Of a stretch of 64,000 nt of DNA, positions 14,756 through 31,254 are shown in pieces; the first letter of the stretch is position 1; every line of letters begins with the position of its first letter. Source of the DNA: Eledone cirrhosa. Lineage: Eukaryota. The notes beneath the pieces are model-generated. The model was not told the origin of the DNA and ran no database searches. It saw only the letters and a program-made list of their open reading frames with translations. Where the stretch lies: contig OZ024740.1 of NCBI GenBank assembly GCA_964016885.1, positions 116,126,001 through 116,190,000 of the forward strand, given 5' to 3'. Made by a program: the position numbers and the translations under genes.

Positions 14756-15620
14756 CTATACGGAACTCTCTTCTAATACCCCTCTCTATATCAATTAACG
14801 CCAAACTCTCCCCCTCTCTATATTTACTATACAACACTCTGTCTCATTTCCTCTAACTCTATTCATCACTACCAAACTCTCTCCCTCTCTATATCTATCA
14901 ATACCTATCTCTATAAATCCTCTCACTCTATTCATTACCACCGAACTCTCCTCCTCACTACATCAACCATACAACACTTTTTCCCATTCCCACTCTATAT
15001 ATCAATTAACACCAAACTCATTTCTCTCTAGAGCTACTACACGGAACTCTCTTCTACCCCCACCCCCCACTTTATATCAATTAACACCAAACTCTCCCCT
15101 CTCTATATCTACTACACAGCACTCTCTTCCAATCCCTCCTCTCTATATCAATTAACGACAAACTCTCCCCATCTCTATATCTAATATACAACAAACTCTC
15201 TTCCAATACCACCCACTATATCATTCACAAACAGACTCTCCCCCTTCGTATATCTACTACACGGAGCTCTCTTCCTCTCTCTATATCTACCATACAACAG
15301 TCTCTCGCATTCCCTCTCACTATATTCATTACCTCCAAACACTCCCCCTCTCTACATCAACCATACAACACTTTTTCCCAATCCACCTCTCTATATCAAT
15401 TAACACCAAACTCTTACCCTCTCTATATCTACTACACGGATCTCTCTTCCTATATCTACTTCATAGAACTTTCTTCCAGTCCCCCTCTCTATATCAATTA
15501 ACTCCAATCTCTCCCTCTTTACATATCTAATATATAATACACTCTATCTCTCCCATCTATCTCTCCTATATATCTGATATGCAACACATATCTATCTCTT
15601 CTATTTATCTCTACTAAAAA
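14756..15620. repeat. C/T-rich degenerate minisatellite (~30-35 bp subunits) flanked by ~60 bp direct repeats
   Basis: Recurrent ctctatatcaattaacaccaaactctccc and ctctatatctactacacggaactctcttcc; flanks atgtacata..aatagatgtgt.ttttggtagtttggggagaaa at ~14697-14755 and ~15620-15679. Confidence 0.8.
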
Positions 15621-15824
15621 TGTACATAAATTGTAGCACACATACAAATAGATGTGTATTTTGGTAGTTTGGGGAGAAAAATAATTATTTGGGGGTTGTA
15701 CATGCTCTCCCCCAAGTTCTACCGCCCCTGCATATAGGTAATACGCACGTCGAGGGCTGCTTACGTATCACAATCGGCCGATTACTTGCTCAACTAACAC
15801 TGACTGCTTGAAATATTATATATA

Positions 15825-16174
15825 CAGCTGTCCCCCCCCCTCCCCCGGTATTTGCGGGGGTTACTTTCTTAGAGCACCCGCAAAGAGTGAAAAACCAATA
15901 TTATTGGACGTGGTCCATAAAAATGGCTATAAACGTCAAAACAACGTAATATATAGGCCGGCAAATACGGTATATTGTTATTAATAATTTAGAGTTAAAA
16001 AGCGTGAAAAGATAAATATTACCACGAAAAAGCCATAAAAATATCGCAGAAGATATTTACGATTGTGCGAATATGCGGTGATTTCCACGAAAATGATTAG
16101 TTAGGTTTCTAAGGAAAATTTCGCGAATAACCGGGACTGCGAACGCCGGGACCGCGAATGCCGAGGGTACACTG
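15825..16174. mobile_element. Tigger/pogo-like MITE
   Basis: TA|cagctgtcc..cggtatttgcggggg..ccgcgaatgccgagggtacactg|TA; imperfect TIRs with TA TSD. Confidence 0.8.
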
Positions 16175-16177
16175 TAC

Positions 16178-16242
<65 letters not shown>

Positions 16243-16248
<6 letters not shown>

Positions 16249-16645
16249 TATTCCGGGTTCAAAAGAGGGTAACCACAGTAAGTAAGGTACACAATACAAG
16301 GCAGAGTGTAAATATTTAATATAAAAAGGCTTCTCCAGGACTAGAACTGTTTCATTCGAGAGAAATCATCCGGAAGCCGACTGTCCAAGTAATATGGTGG
16401 TATTTATATCTTTTCTGGTGGTAGGAGAGGGTGGTGATTGGGATGGGTGGAGGTTATTGGTTGATGGGTTGAAAGAAAATGGAATTTTTTTAAAAACTAT
16501 ATTTTTTACCTCCACCCATCCCAATCACCACCCTCTCCTATCACCAGAAAAGATATAAATACCACCATATTACTTGGACAGTCGGCTTCCTGATGATTTC
16601 TCCCGAATGAAATAGTTATAGTTCTGTAGAAGCCTTTCTATATTA
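16243..16645. mobile_element. fold-back PLE-terminus element (arms ~16316-16454 / 16508-16645) with family 2 HHR on both strands
   Basis: Mirror arms visible; bounded by (TA)n; same family at 23731-23878 and 57401-57451. Confidence 0.8.
16584..16634 (+). ncRNA. type-I hammerhead ribozyme motif (family 2)
   Basis: GGCTTC-CTGATGA-tTTC-tccc-GAAt-GAAA-TAG-ttatagtt-CTG-TA-GAAGCC: 6 bp stem I, 4 bp stem III, GUA triplet. Confidence 0.75.
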
Positions 16646-16656
16646 TATATACATAT

Positions 16657-17088
<432 letters not shown>

Positions 17089-17149
17089 TTTATACTTTCA
17101 CTCGTGTAGGACACCTCGGTTATTTTTCATTTTGTAAAAAAAACCTCAC

Positions 17150-17182
<33 letters not shown>

Positions 17183-17649
17183 AGGATTAAAATACTGGAG
17201 CGTGTTGGAGTTAAACACCCTCTTCGTATTATAGAAATGATAGTAAAAGGTATAGCTCAATGTAATTAAATGTAATTAAATATTTATATATATATATATA
17301 TATAAATATTAATAATAATTAAATAACTCATTGCTTATATATATATTCATTTTATTAAGGCTAAATAGTGAATCTTCTTACTCTGGAGTTTTGCCCGTTT
17401 ATCACAAGATCATCAGACAAGTTCTTGCCATTTTACCCCCGTTCCTTTCTCTTCTCACTCTTTATCTTTCTTTTTTATCTTCTATTTCTAACTATATCTT
17501 CTAGTGAAAGACTAGTGTCCGAAATGTTGAGACTCTTTTCCTGTCATTTCAAGCGTTAAACTAATATATTTCTTCAAATTACCGTGTCGTTGGTTTTTTT
17601 TTTATTCCTATTTATTTTTACACACATACACACATATATATAGAGAGAG

Positions 17650-18594
<945 letters not shown>

Positions 18595-18595
<1 letters not shown>

Positions 18596-18862
18596 AGCTC
18601 GGAGGCTCATCAGGTAGGTGCTTATCCCGGCTTCCGTGACGTAAAGCCACTTAGAGTACAAGACTTCCCCCAGGACAGGACACTAGTTTATCACAGGGTT
18701 AAACCCCCAGCTATTGCCTGTACTCATTTTCAGCTGAGTATACCGGAGCAACCTGAAATGAAGTGCTTTGCTCAAGAACACAACGCGCAACCCAGCTCAG
18801 GAAACGAACCCACGACATTATGATTGTAACTCCGACACCCTTACCTCTAGACCACGTGCCTC
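18595..18862 (-). mobile_element. family C tRNA-derived SINE
   Basis: Minus strand ggaggcacgtggtctagaggtaagg..tcgtgggttcgtttcc..gcgttgtgttcttgagcaaagcacttc..actcagctgaaaatgagtac. Confidence 0.8.
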
Positions 18863-19047
18863 CAGTGGTAAGGGTGTTGGAAAGATACGTCTACAATATC
18901 CACTATATATGTATGTATATATATATATATAACGAAGGAAGCGTGGTAAGTACCAGATGGACCATAACGCACCAGAGTACTCAATACTTAGGGTACTAGA
19001 GTGGGTAATAGGAAAATGTTTAAGACCTCGACGGCTGAGCTCAAGCC

Positions 19048-19110
<63 letters not shown>

Positions 19111-19112
19111 TA

Positions 19113-19152
<40 letters not shown>

Positions 19153-19156
19153 TATA

Positions 19157-21200
<2,044 letters not shown>

Positions 21201-22329
21201 AAAATTTTATTAAATGTTTAATTAATAAATTTGATTAAATGTTTAATTAATAATTTAATAATTTAACAATTAGTTTAAATGTGTATGTTAGATTATTAAA
21301 AAATTAAAAAATTAAAAAATATTAAAACTTATTATATATTATTTAAAAAAATATATTAAAAAATATACATATTATTATAAAATATATATATTATTAATTA
21401 TTAATTAATAATATATATTATATAATATTATAATATATATATATATTAATTATTAAAAAAATTGTAAGTTAAAAATTTTAAATATCCAAATAATTCTAAA
21501 TTTATGGAAATTCCGAGAGTTTACAGAAGAATAACCCCATATTTGAATTATAATAGCAGTAAAGCGTAAAGGAAACTTCCTTTACGCTTAGTGATTTATT
21601 AATAACTCAGATGACTCTAAGAATTAAATGCTATAAGGTTAAATGCTATAAGTTAAAAAGTTAAATTTTCTATCTTAAGAATGTAATTAGAACATGAACC
21701 TTATGTTGTTTTATACGAAGTCACAAATTTATAAATTCATAAATTTACTTCTTATAAAGTTATAACATTTAAAACATAAATTTACTTGTTATAAAGTCAT
21801 AACATTTAAAAATTATAACATTTAAAAATTTTTCATAAGAATATATTTAAACCATAAAGCATAAAAACATTTTTATAAGAATATATTTACAAAATATATT
21901 TAAAGCATAAATTCTAGGTTATACCACACATACATAAAAAAACACTATGTTTATCACATATGTATAAACATTTGGATATATATATATTTTAAACATTTGG
22001 ATATATATATATATATTAAACCTTTGAAAATTATAAGAATATAGAAATATAAAAATATAAAATATAAAATATAATTTTTCTATACCCTTCAAAGGAATTT
22101 TCAAAAGATTTTTCTTAAACTCTTCAGTAAGTTTATCAAGAAAAAAGTTATCAAGAAAAAATTTTCTTTAAGGGAGTTCCAAGCAGTCATATACGGGAAT
22201 TTAATGATTTATCGATAGGTGTAATAATAATATATGTGAAGTAGAGATAATGGAAAATAAGTTATAGAGGACATTATGTAAAAGAGATGAGTTATATATT
22301 ACATTTTATATATATATTTAAAAGTTAAA

Positions 22330-23680
22330 TGTAACCGATGTTTGCAAGAACTGAATAAATTATTCATTAAATTAACAGAATTCTTACTTTTTAATATAAA
22401 GAATATTTCTTCTATACAAAGTGCGCAATTTTCGGATAAAGCATTGAATGAAGGCGCTTTGGAGATAATATTACAAAGTAAAGAATAGTTAATGTTCTTT
22501 GATTTTAGGTCCCATAGTAAATTAGATAGAGAAGTTGAAGATTTTTTTACTAATATTCGTAAAAGAGCATTTGTGTTTATTAAAACGGGACTTAAAATCT
22601 GTGGACGTAGAGCCTAAGGAGTTTACATTAGTTTTTACATTACAATTGTATACTATATTTTTAACTAAACAGTTATTATTTAGAGGACAGTTAGATTTAT
22701 TTCTACAGTTACATTTATCTAAATTTAAGTTACTAGGAGCCATACTATTATATTGGATATTGCTAGGGGTATTAATTGTATTCTGGTTAGGTTTTAAGTT
22801 TCTATTATTAATTCTATTAATATTCTGCGCTAAATTCATAGTGGTGGAATATGATAATTTGATAGTATGTCTATTAAATATTGAGTAATATCTATGTGTT
22901 CTAGGAAAGCATTTATCTAGAGCTTTAAAGAATAATTTAGCAATAGGAGTTTTAATACTTAATGAGAAGGAGGAGCGAACCATAATATATTTCTAGTTCT
23001 ATTTCGTCTTTTGGTTTTCGAGTTATTGTAAGGTTTTCTATTATAGTTTTTATAGTTATGGTTAGTTGGCACATCGTTATTATCAATGTATTTAATTTTA
23101 TTACTATATCCTACTCTACCTAACGCTTCGTTATATAATATTGTGCTTTATCTTCAAAAATATTCTTATTAACTGAAATTCTAGAAATACGTTGCTGCAC
23201 AGAATTTACTATAGTGTTTTTAACGGATCTGGGGTGATTGGAATTAAAGTTAACATAGTTTAGATTCTCATTTATTTTATGAAATGGGTAATAAAGACAT
23301 GTGTTAAGGTTTAAAGTTACATCTAGAAAGTTTACTATTTCATAATTATTCTCTACTTCTACTTTAAGATTAAGGCAATTAATAAATTGTATAATTTCTT
23401 TTCTTTTCCTATTTATTTCACAGTTATTATTTTCTATAAGTAATAGCATATCGTCGCCATATAAACCACTGGTCATCTCCCGTATTTTCCTATGTAGAGT
23501 ATTATTAATAAAAAGCCTCACAAGATCCGTTATTTGTGCCGAATCTGATGACCTCATAGTAATATCAAAATTACTATCTCTGTCTGCTCTAGTCCAGATG
23601 TGGTTGTTAAATTTAATTAATGTTTTCCGTGCAATATTTTTAAGCTTGTTGTATCCCAACAAATTAAATATAACCTCTGC
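22330..23680 (-). pseudogene. 5'-truncated PLE RT plus GIY-YIG endonuclease (ORFs 23120-23737, 22522-22983)
   Basis: FDITM..DSAQITDLV, GLYGDDML, VNFLDVTLNL, NSNHP, IFNRHTIKLSYSTT, CNCRNKSNCPLNNNCL..IVY..GSTSTDFKSRFNKHK. Confidence 0.9.
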
Positions 23681-23713
<33 letters not shown>

Positions 23714-23730
23714 CATATATATTATTATAT

Positions 23731-23874
23731 AAATCATCAGAGAGCTCCCTGATGATTTCTCACGAATGAAACAGTTCTAGTCCTGTAGAAGCTCTTCTAT
23801 ATTAAAACTGTTATACTCTGCTATGTATTGAGTACCTTACTTACTGTGGTTACCTCTGATTCAACCCGGAATAA

Positions 23875-23878
<4 letters not shown>
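23731..23878 (+). ncRNA. family 2 HHR-bearing PLE terminus (HHR 23742-23794)
   Basis: gagctcc-CTGATGA-tTTC-tcac-GAAt-GAAA-CAG-ttctagtc-CTG-TA-gaagctc; downstream tail equals the reverse complement of 16243-16320. Confidence 0.75.
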
Positions 23879-23920
<42 letters not shown>

Positions 23921-24599
23921 GGATTGCTGTTTAGTTATTGGTTATCAAAACTCTTTCGTCACGTATTCTGTGACCTCCCCAGTGACTACTTTTGTTGTTA
24001 TTTTGTGTCTCTCCTCTGTTCTGTCCTACACTATCTTGTTATGTATGTATGTATATATGTATATATGTATGTATGGAAATAAGATTGCCTTAACCCGTAA
24101 ACAAATCTCAACGGGTCGTAGGTGGCGGATAGCAATATGGCTACCAGATATGATGGCTAGTTGTGATATAATCGGGTAACTTCCGGACGAATAAGCAACC
24201 CCTAACCAATAACGATAAACTACCAGGGGAGATGGAGCAATGGGTGACACCTGTAGCTTCCAAGAAAACTTTCACAAACTAATGACGTAGCTACGACGAG
24301 TTGAGTAAAGGCCGCCTATAAAATGCTTAGTCTTCGCAGGTTTGACAATGTACCAGATTGGTGACTGGTGCGAATAAGACCTCTGGAACTGAAATATGAT
24401 GAGGAAAGCAAAGTAGAACCATAACACATCGTCCTTCTGCAGGGTTAACAAGGGACGCGTTCAGGCCTTAGGTAGAGGAGCCTGTTCGAAAAATATATTG
24501 CAGTCTCAATTTCATACAGCAAAAACTGGTGATGGGCCTGCGACCTGTCCTGGGAAGCGTGGGAGGGACGCACAAAGATTGCATATCCCGAGACTTGAA

Positions 24600-24935
24600 A
24601 GAGTGTCCGGAAGGGAGCAAACCTTGACAGTTGGAACCTGGAACATCACAACCCTTACAGGTAAGGAGCAGGAACTAGTGGAGGAGGCTAGATGCTACCA
24701 ATAGATATAGTCGGGATTTCCTCAATAAAGTTCCGTGGCTCTGATACTGCAGATTTGCATGGAGGATGGAAACTTCAGTATTCAGGTGAGGCGCCGGAAA
24801 GGACTGCACAGGCTGTTAGAATGTGTTATGGCTTGGATCCCATTAGGAGGGAGTATTTTTCTTTTGAAGCTTAGACTGAAAGATAGGTCTCTGTGGGTAG
24901 TGCAAGTTTATGCACCAAACAAGGAGTGGCTATAT
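24600..24935 (+). pseudogene. AP-endonuclease domain of an RTE-type LINE (probable 5' UTR from ~24080)
   Basis: LTVGTWNITTLTGKEQELVEEA..IDIVGISS..GWKLQYSG..VVQVYAPN across frameshifts. Confidence 0.85.
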
Positions 24936-25312
24936 ACACCATCTATGAACTTACTCGCCACATTTTCCTGCACGGCACCCAGGAATAATGTAAATAGCAT
25001 GGAAGCAAGTATACAACTTTGCTTTACTCCATGAGCAGCCGAAAAGGGGGATGAATTGTCGCTTTCAAGAGACATGGTAGCAGATATACTATCATGGAGA
25101 TGCTTGAGTATCTTCACAAATTTCTCTGGACATATATACCTCTTCAGCAGGCTCCTTTGGATCTCTCTTCTCACACTGCCGAATGACTTTGTAAAGTCGA
25201 TGAATACGACGAAAATTGGGACTCATTGTTCGAAAGCTTTTCCCTGAATCTCTCTCAGGGTGAAAATCATGTCATTAGTGGACATAAATGCGCGAAATAC
25301 AAATTGGCTTTT
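24935..25312 (-). pseudogene. RTE-type RT fragment in opposite orientation
   Basis: STNDMIFTLREIQ.K..FIDFTKSFGSV..CPEKFVKILKHLH..GVKQSCILASMLFTLF. Confidence 0.85.
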
Positions 25313-25316
25313 GAAA

Positions 25317-25434
25317 ATAATTGTTTCTACTTTAGGCACAAGGCCAGCAATTACCCAGTGCATTACTGGTACTTTATTTTATCGACCCCGTAAGGATGAA
25401 AGGCAAAGTCAACCTCGGCGGGATTTGAACTCAG
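25317..25434 (-). mobile_element. 5'-truncated family A SINE
   Basis: aattgtttctactttaggcacaaggccagc..cggcgggatttgaactcag. Confidence 0.85.
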
Positions 25435-25494
25435 CTTTTGAAAATAATGATTTGGGAAAACGCTTTCTATCCCCGTCAATTTAAGTGAAGACTC

Positions 25495-25730
25495 GTGATC
25501 TAGTGTTTAGGATGCTGAACTTACGATCGTAATGCCGTGAATTTGATCCCTGGACTAGATGTTGCGTTGTGTTCTTAAACAAAGCCCTTCATTTCACGTT
25601 GCTCCAGTACAATCAGCTGGAAATGAGTACCATCTGTATCTGGGATTAACCCTGCGATAGACTGGCGAGGAAACTTCGATAAGCACCGGCCTAATGAGTC
25701 TCCCGGCTTGAGAGAGGCTTTAACTTTCTA
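25495..25730 (+). mobile_element. family C tRNA-derived SINE
   Basis: gtgatctagtgtttagg..gcgttgtgttcttaaacaaagcccttcatttcacgttgctccagtacaatcagctggaaatgagtac. Confidence 0.75.
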
Positions 25731-25869
25731 TTCTTGTCAATGTAATTAATTTTCCACAACACTGGGAAGTACATTATCTCCCTGTTTCCTAAACAGTTGA
25801 AACTTTCAGTATCATACTTTATTGCTAATAAAAATAGTTTTTTTTATGACTTCACGAATACTTATTAAA

Positions 25870-26062
25870 TAATTGTTTCTACTTTTGGCACAAGGCCAGC
25901 AATTATCCAGTGTATTACTGGTACTTTATTTTATCGACCCCCGTAAGGATGAAAGGCAAAGTTAACCCTGGCGGGATTTGAACTCAGATCATAAAGGGCC
26001 GTAACTCTATGCTGCAAAGCATGGCGTCCAACCCTCTACCGATACTGCCAATCCACCACCCT
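25870..26062 (-). mobile_element. full-length family A SINE with ~17 bp TSD
   Basis: TSD aatacttattaaataat at 25857-25873 and 26067-26083. Confidence 0.9.
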
Positions 26063-26429
26063 TATTAATACTTATTAAATAATACATTTTTTTTACTATT
26101 TGAAATATGTTATCATTGACAATAAATTGGTTTTATTAGTGTAGATTGTACTTTTTCTCTGGTAGTAATTGACTGATTTTTATTAATGTAAACATAGCAA
26201 TACTACATATAATGTAAAACTACTTTTGATTCCATTATACTATATTTGGAGTTTATCATATTTCAGTGAGTTTGGTTGGTGTGTCCATGAAGGGTCTGTG
26301 AGACTGTGATTGGAAATGACCTACTCAATCTTTACTGGTTATAGGTTCTGCAACCATGACTGACTGACGATGGGTTGCCTCTCTAAGGCACGAACTTTGG
26401 CAGCGTGTATTGTGGAAGACCACAAATAA

Positions 26430-26665
26430 CCTATGCATTCAAGTATCCCTTCTCCACGACACCGATGTTGTATAAGGGAAAAACAAATGCCGATGGAGTT
26501 TGACACCAGTATCATCGCAACTCAATTTTTACCTGCTGAGTGGACTGGGGCATTGTGAAATAAAGTGTCTTGCTGAAGAACACAACGGGCTATCCGATCC
26601 ACGAATCGTACTCATGACTTTACAATCGAAATCCTAGCAGAGTAACCACTAAGCCATGTGCCTTC
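26430..26665 (-). mobile_element. family C-like SINE
   Basis: Minus strand aaggcacatggcttagtggtta..gttgtgttcttcagcaagacactttatttcac..cagtccactcagc. Confidence 0.7.
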
Positions 26666-26689
26666 ACAAAGTTTGATAGGATTAACAGA

Positions 26690-26865
26690 TTCATAAGTTT
26701 GTGAAGTCTTATTTTACGTAATGGAGAATTACGGCATTCTTATTGCCAGTTCATAGCTACCTTCTTCAGCAATGTTGACGTCATAGTGACAGCTGACTTC
26801 CACAACAGAGCATGTTTTTCTTTTCATTTAGGTCCTAGATAACGATGTTAGGCCGTTTGTTCCGT
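26690..26865 (-). mobile_element. RLE-domain remnant of an R2/R4/NeSL-type LINE
   Basis: IRNKRPNIVI*DLNEKKTCSVVEVSCHYDVNIAEE resembles the RPD(I)V..D..C..(I/V)EVS.P.D.N motif. Confidence 0.65.
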
Positions 26866-27044
26866 ATATATATTTATGTATGTCTCTTCCTTTATTTATT
26901 CTTCTCTGCGTTCCTACATTAAAGAACCAGATGGTTTCTAACTAAAACAGAGAACTCCACCATTAAGGTTTACACTGAAACAACTGAATCAGAAGCTAAA
27001 CATTAGAAAATACAATACTTTTTTCATAGAATCTGAAAGTACGT

Positions 27045-27300
27045 GGTTTAGGGGGTTAAGGTATTTGCCTCATGATCGTAAGACCGGGAGTTCGATTTCC
27101 GGTTGTGCTGTGTGTCTTTGAGCAGGACACTTTATTTCACGTTTCTCCAATCTACTCAGCTGACAGTAAATGAGTTGTAGCTGTTATTCAAATGGTCAGC
27201 CTTGTTGCATGTTGTGTTACCTGTCTGTTGAATGCTCAGCCACTTGCACGGTAATTACATAAGTGGAATTTCCCGTTGATCGAACACCTGCAACACTCGT
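27045..27300 (+). mobile_element. family C SINE followed by a family A fragment (~27370-27455)
   Basis: gagttcgatttccgg..tgtgtctttgagcaggacactttatttcacg..actcagctg; then aaatcccgccgaggttaactttgcttttcatt. Confidence 0.7.
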
Positions 27301-29857
27301 CTTCAGAATCGATGGAGGTCCAACACATTCTTTATTTGAAAATAGCTTTCATTCTAGCTCTTTGTGCTCTCTGGATCCAAATCCCGCCGAGGTTAACTTT
27401 GCTTTTCATTCTTTCGAGGTCGATAAATATGGTTCCAGTCCAGTACTTGGGTCAATACTTCTTCTATATACTTTTTCTCACATCCTCTCTATTTCTCTGA
27501 GAAAAGAATCAGCTGTGTTCAGAGCTGGAGAAAAATAGTTTCCGCCAGATTTTAGTGTCATGACGGCGTCACTACGACTTGATCAGGAGTTAAGGGCTGA
27601 TGCATGTATGCATCATTGTTTAAACAATTTGGCGATTTAACCAATCCTACCAGGTATCACATGCTAATATTTAAATCTATAGAAAGATCAGTTAACAACT
27701 GTTCTCCCAAGTATTTTCATTTTATTAACGAGTTTGAATTGGCAGAAGCGTTAGAACGTTGTTTAATTTATTCCGCCTCCTTGCATTATGATATAAAACC
27801 TATTGAAATCGATTTTACCGTCCATTCTTCTGGGGTTTATAACTAAAGTACTAGTCTAAGGTGATGGATTTGCTGAATCGTTTGAGCATCGGATAGGATG
27901 CCTTGTGGTATTTGTGCCAGGTCTTTACAAATTGAGTTCTTGGATGGTAGACTTTATCTGTTTCCTAGTTTAATATTACCAGCCATCTGGGTATCTTTAA
28001 CAATGTTTACTTTCTTGATAGAAATTCTGGTCTAGGTCTCTAGTTTGAGGATACCTTCTTCCCGCACTCCTTCCATTCAACAATAAGAATACACACCAAA
28101 CCACCAGGTTTGGTGAAAGTAATGGAAATTGACAAATTATACGAAAGAATGGGATATACACAAAACTAGTAGTATTTCTTAATTGTACTCGGGGGTAGCT
28201 ATTTCCTTGTAAGAAGTCGATACCTACACACATTCTTCCGCTACATGGAATAAACTTCTGTCAATTTTATTGATGAGTGTTCCAGTCATTCACTCAATGG
28301 AACAACCACCTCGGGAAATTAATACGCATGTGACTGAGTACTTCACAGATACGTGTACCCTAAACTAATTCTCAGGGAGATTCAACTTTACTCTACATCA
28401 GAAAAGGGTGGACCTTTGAATTACAGTAAGTTCATCTTCTATTATTGCTTAAGTGACAAAGAATTTCACAGACATGAATATTTTAAAAGTAATTCTAAGG
28501 GATATTCAGCGTAACACGTTGTGTGAAAAGATTAGCTCTTTTGAATTAGAGGAATAGTCCACTGAGCGGGCTTCCAAACTGTTTCCGTATATCCAATTTT
28601 ACTCACAAAGCTTGGCTCGACCAGAAGCTATGGTAAATAATATTTAGTCAGTATGCCGAGCAGTGGGATCGAATCTGGAATCTGATGATTGCGACGCAAT
28701 GCGATATTCTTAACTATTCGACTAATCTGCGGCATCTAAATACATGTAGCTTAACATTTCATGCAAGACATGAAATGGTTCAGGTACCTGATTTCCTTTA
28801 ATGATACCAACACCTACTCTTTATTAAAGAAATTGTCTTACACTACACACTCCATGCCCACGAACACCACATCTAAACCTCAGTAACTCATAACATTTGA
28901 AAGACTTCATTTCCCCCAAAACAGGCTAAATGTATATATATTTATCTTGAATTAAATATGTCCTTTGTTCTACAGTCTATTAAGTGATTTTCCTTTTGTC
29001 TGATGTAAAAATATATGGTCTACCTTTGTTAAAAGTACCATTGAATAATATATTTCCACTGCTGTCAATGTATTTATAGAATTCACTAGAAAGGAGGAGA
29101 AAACTGTTGATGTGAATGTTTGCGGTTTTTAGAAAGCAATTTCCCATATTCTTTAAGGTGAAGCATTTTCTTGGCCAAGTTCCACGTCGGTATCAATTGC
29201 AAAGGTAGTTATTTAGTATGTCCAGCTGTCTCACTGTACTGTTGATATTCACAGTGCAGATTTCTTTTTTGTTTTATGAAAGAAATAACAGTAAGCTTAG
29301 TGCCAAAATAAATATAGGATCAGAGAGACTAACTCTTTTGTCTGTTTGTTTTGGGAGATCTGTAACATGAGAAGCAATCATTGTAATTTCTAGTTTCAAG
29401 CCTAATGATGGCTGATCTGTTCTCTGGGAGCTTTTCAATAGCAACTGTCAGGGCAGTTAGTGCTTTTAACATGTGTAGGGGTTGTAGTACTTATAAATGA
29501 GAATGAATTTACAAATAAGAATTAAAACAATCAGAAAATATCTACCGAGTATTTTTAAAATACAGATTGTACAGACATCCATATAAATTACTCCATATTA
29601 CCTCGTTGAACCCGGAATTGCTTTCAAAAAGTAGTTTAAACATTCCATACCTTTCTTCCGACACAAACGTAAGCACATACACGGCCGTCAAGTATGAAAT
29701 GCATAGACGGTTTTCCCCCTTGCTTCTGCTGGACACCACCAGAGGGCGTTATCCCCCCGGTGTTTGCATAGCTACGGCTTCTTCCTAAAACCGGATTTCT
29801 TTAGAAATACGAAATTTCTATACATAAAGCTATGCTTGAAACGAAATCTTATTTCTC

Positions 29858-29980
<123 letters not shown>

Positions 29981-30135
29981 ATGCGTGTATATATATATAT
30001 ATATATCGTAAAGTAAGTTTGTTGTTGATTTTTTAGGTCAACAATCTCTGGTGTGTTCCAACTTAAGCACTCAACGTCGTGGTTCTGTAAATGACACACA
30101 CACACACATCTATATGTATATAAATGTCTCGTTCT

Positions 30136-30173
30136 ATTTTCTGACGAAGGACTGGCGTCCGAAACGTTAAGAT
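30136..30173 (+). ncRNA. minimal type-I hammerhead ribozyme motif (family 1, best-preserved copy)
   Basis: ATTTT-CTGACGA-A-GGAC-tggc-GTCC-GAAA-CG-TT-AAGAT; stem I pairs fully with one G-U. Confidence 0.7.
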
Positions 30174-30241
30174 TCTTTTCCTACTATATAATTTTTCATT
30201 GTATTCTGCCGTTTGCTTTATTATTTCTGTTTGCCTTTGTT

Positions 30242-30485
<244 letters not shown>

Positions 30486-30924
30486 GGAAGTCACCGGCCA
30501 TAGCTTATACGCTCAATGAAATAACAAGTGTGCAGTTGATAGGTTGTTCGTTATCTTACAGATGGAACACAATTAGTAAGTTTTATGGTAGTTATCAGGT
30601 ATTGGTTGCGTCGATGTAACTCCTGGATGGAATCCCGTTTCATTGCAATCATCCGCTTATAACAGTTATTAGAAGCGTTATATGCAGAAGAAGATTACTG
30701 TTATAGAGCAATAACTTGTTAGATAACAAACCAGTCACTGGATCTTTACGTAGTAGCTGGACCTGCTGGAAATAGTAGCCAAAATCCCGTTAAACCACAA
30801 CCTACAACCTTCATAAAAAAATACATATTAGATAATTTTAGCTTTGAAACGCCTCAAAATGGGATGGTCATTGTTAGAATCCATTTCATCATAGCTATGT
30901 TTAATCAGAGGCGATGGTCTGAAC

Positions 30925-31240
30925 AACAAGAACACAGCAACAGTAACAGCAACGACAGTAGCAGCAGCAGCACACACCACCATCACCTCTACTATCACCA
31001 CCAATATCACCAGCAACAACACCATCATCACCACTACCATCATTAACAACCGCAACAACAACACCAAGACTACAAATACTACAACAACAAGGGTAAAGGC
31101 ATCAACAACACCAACATCAACTAAAATGCCACCACTACCACCACCGTCACCACTACAATCACCACCAACATCACCAGCAACAATAGCAGCAATAACCACA
31201 TCACCCCATCTCCAAAAACAACAACCAATACACACAAATA
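30925..31240. repeat. degenerate (CAA/CAC/CAG)n trinucleotide low-complexity tract
   Basis: Direct inspection. Confidence 0.8.
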
Positions 31241-31254
31241 AACAAGCCATATTA

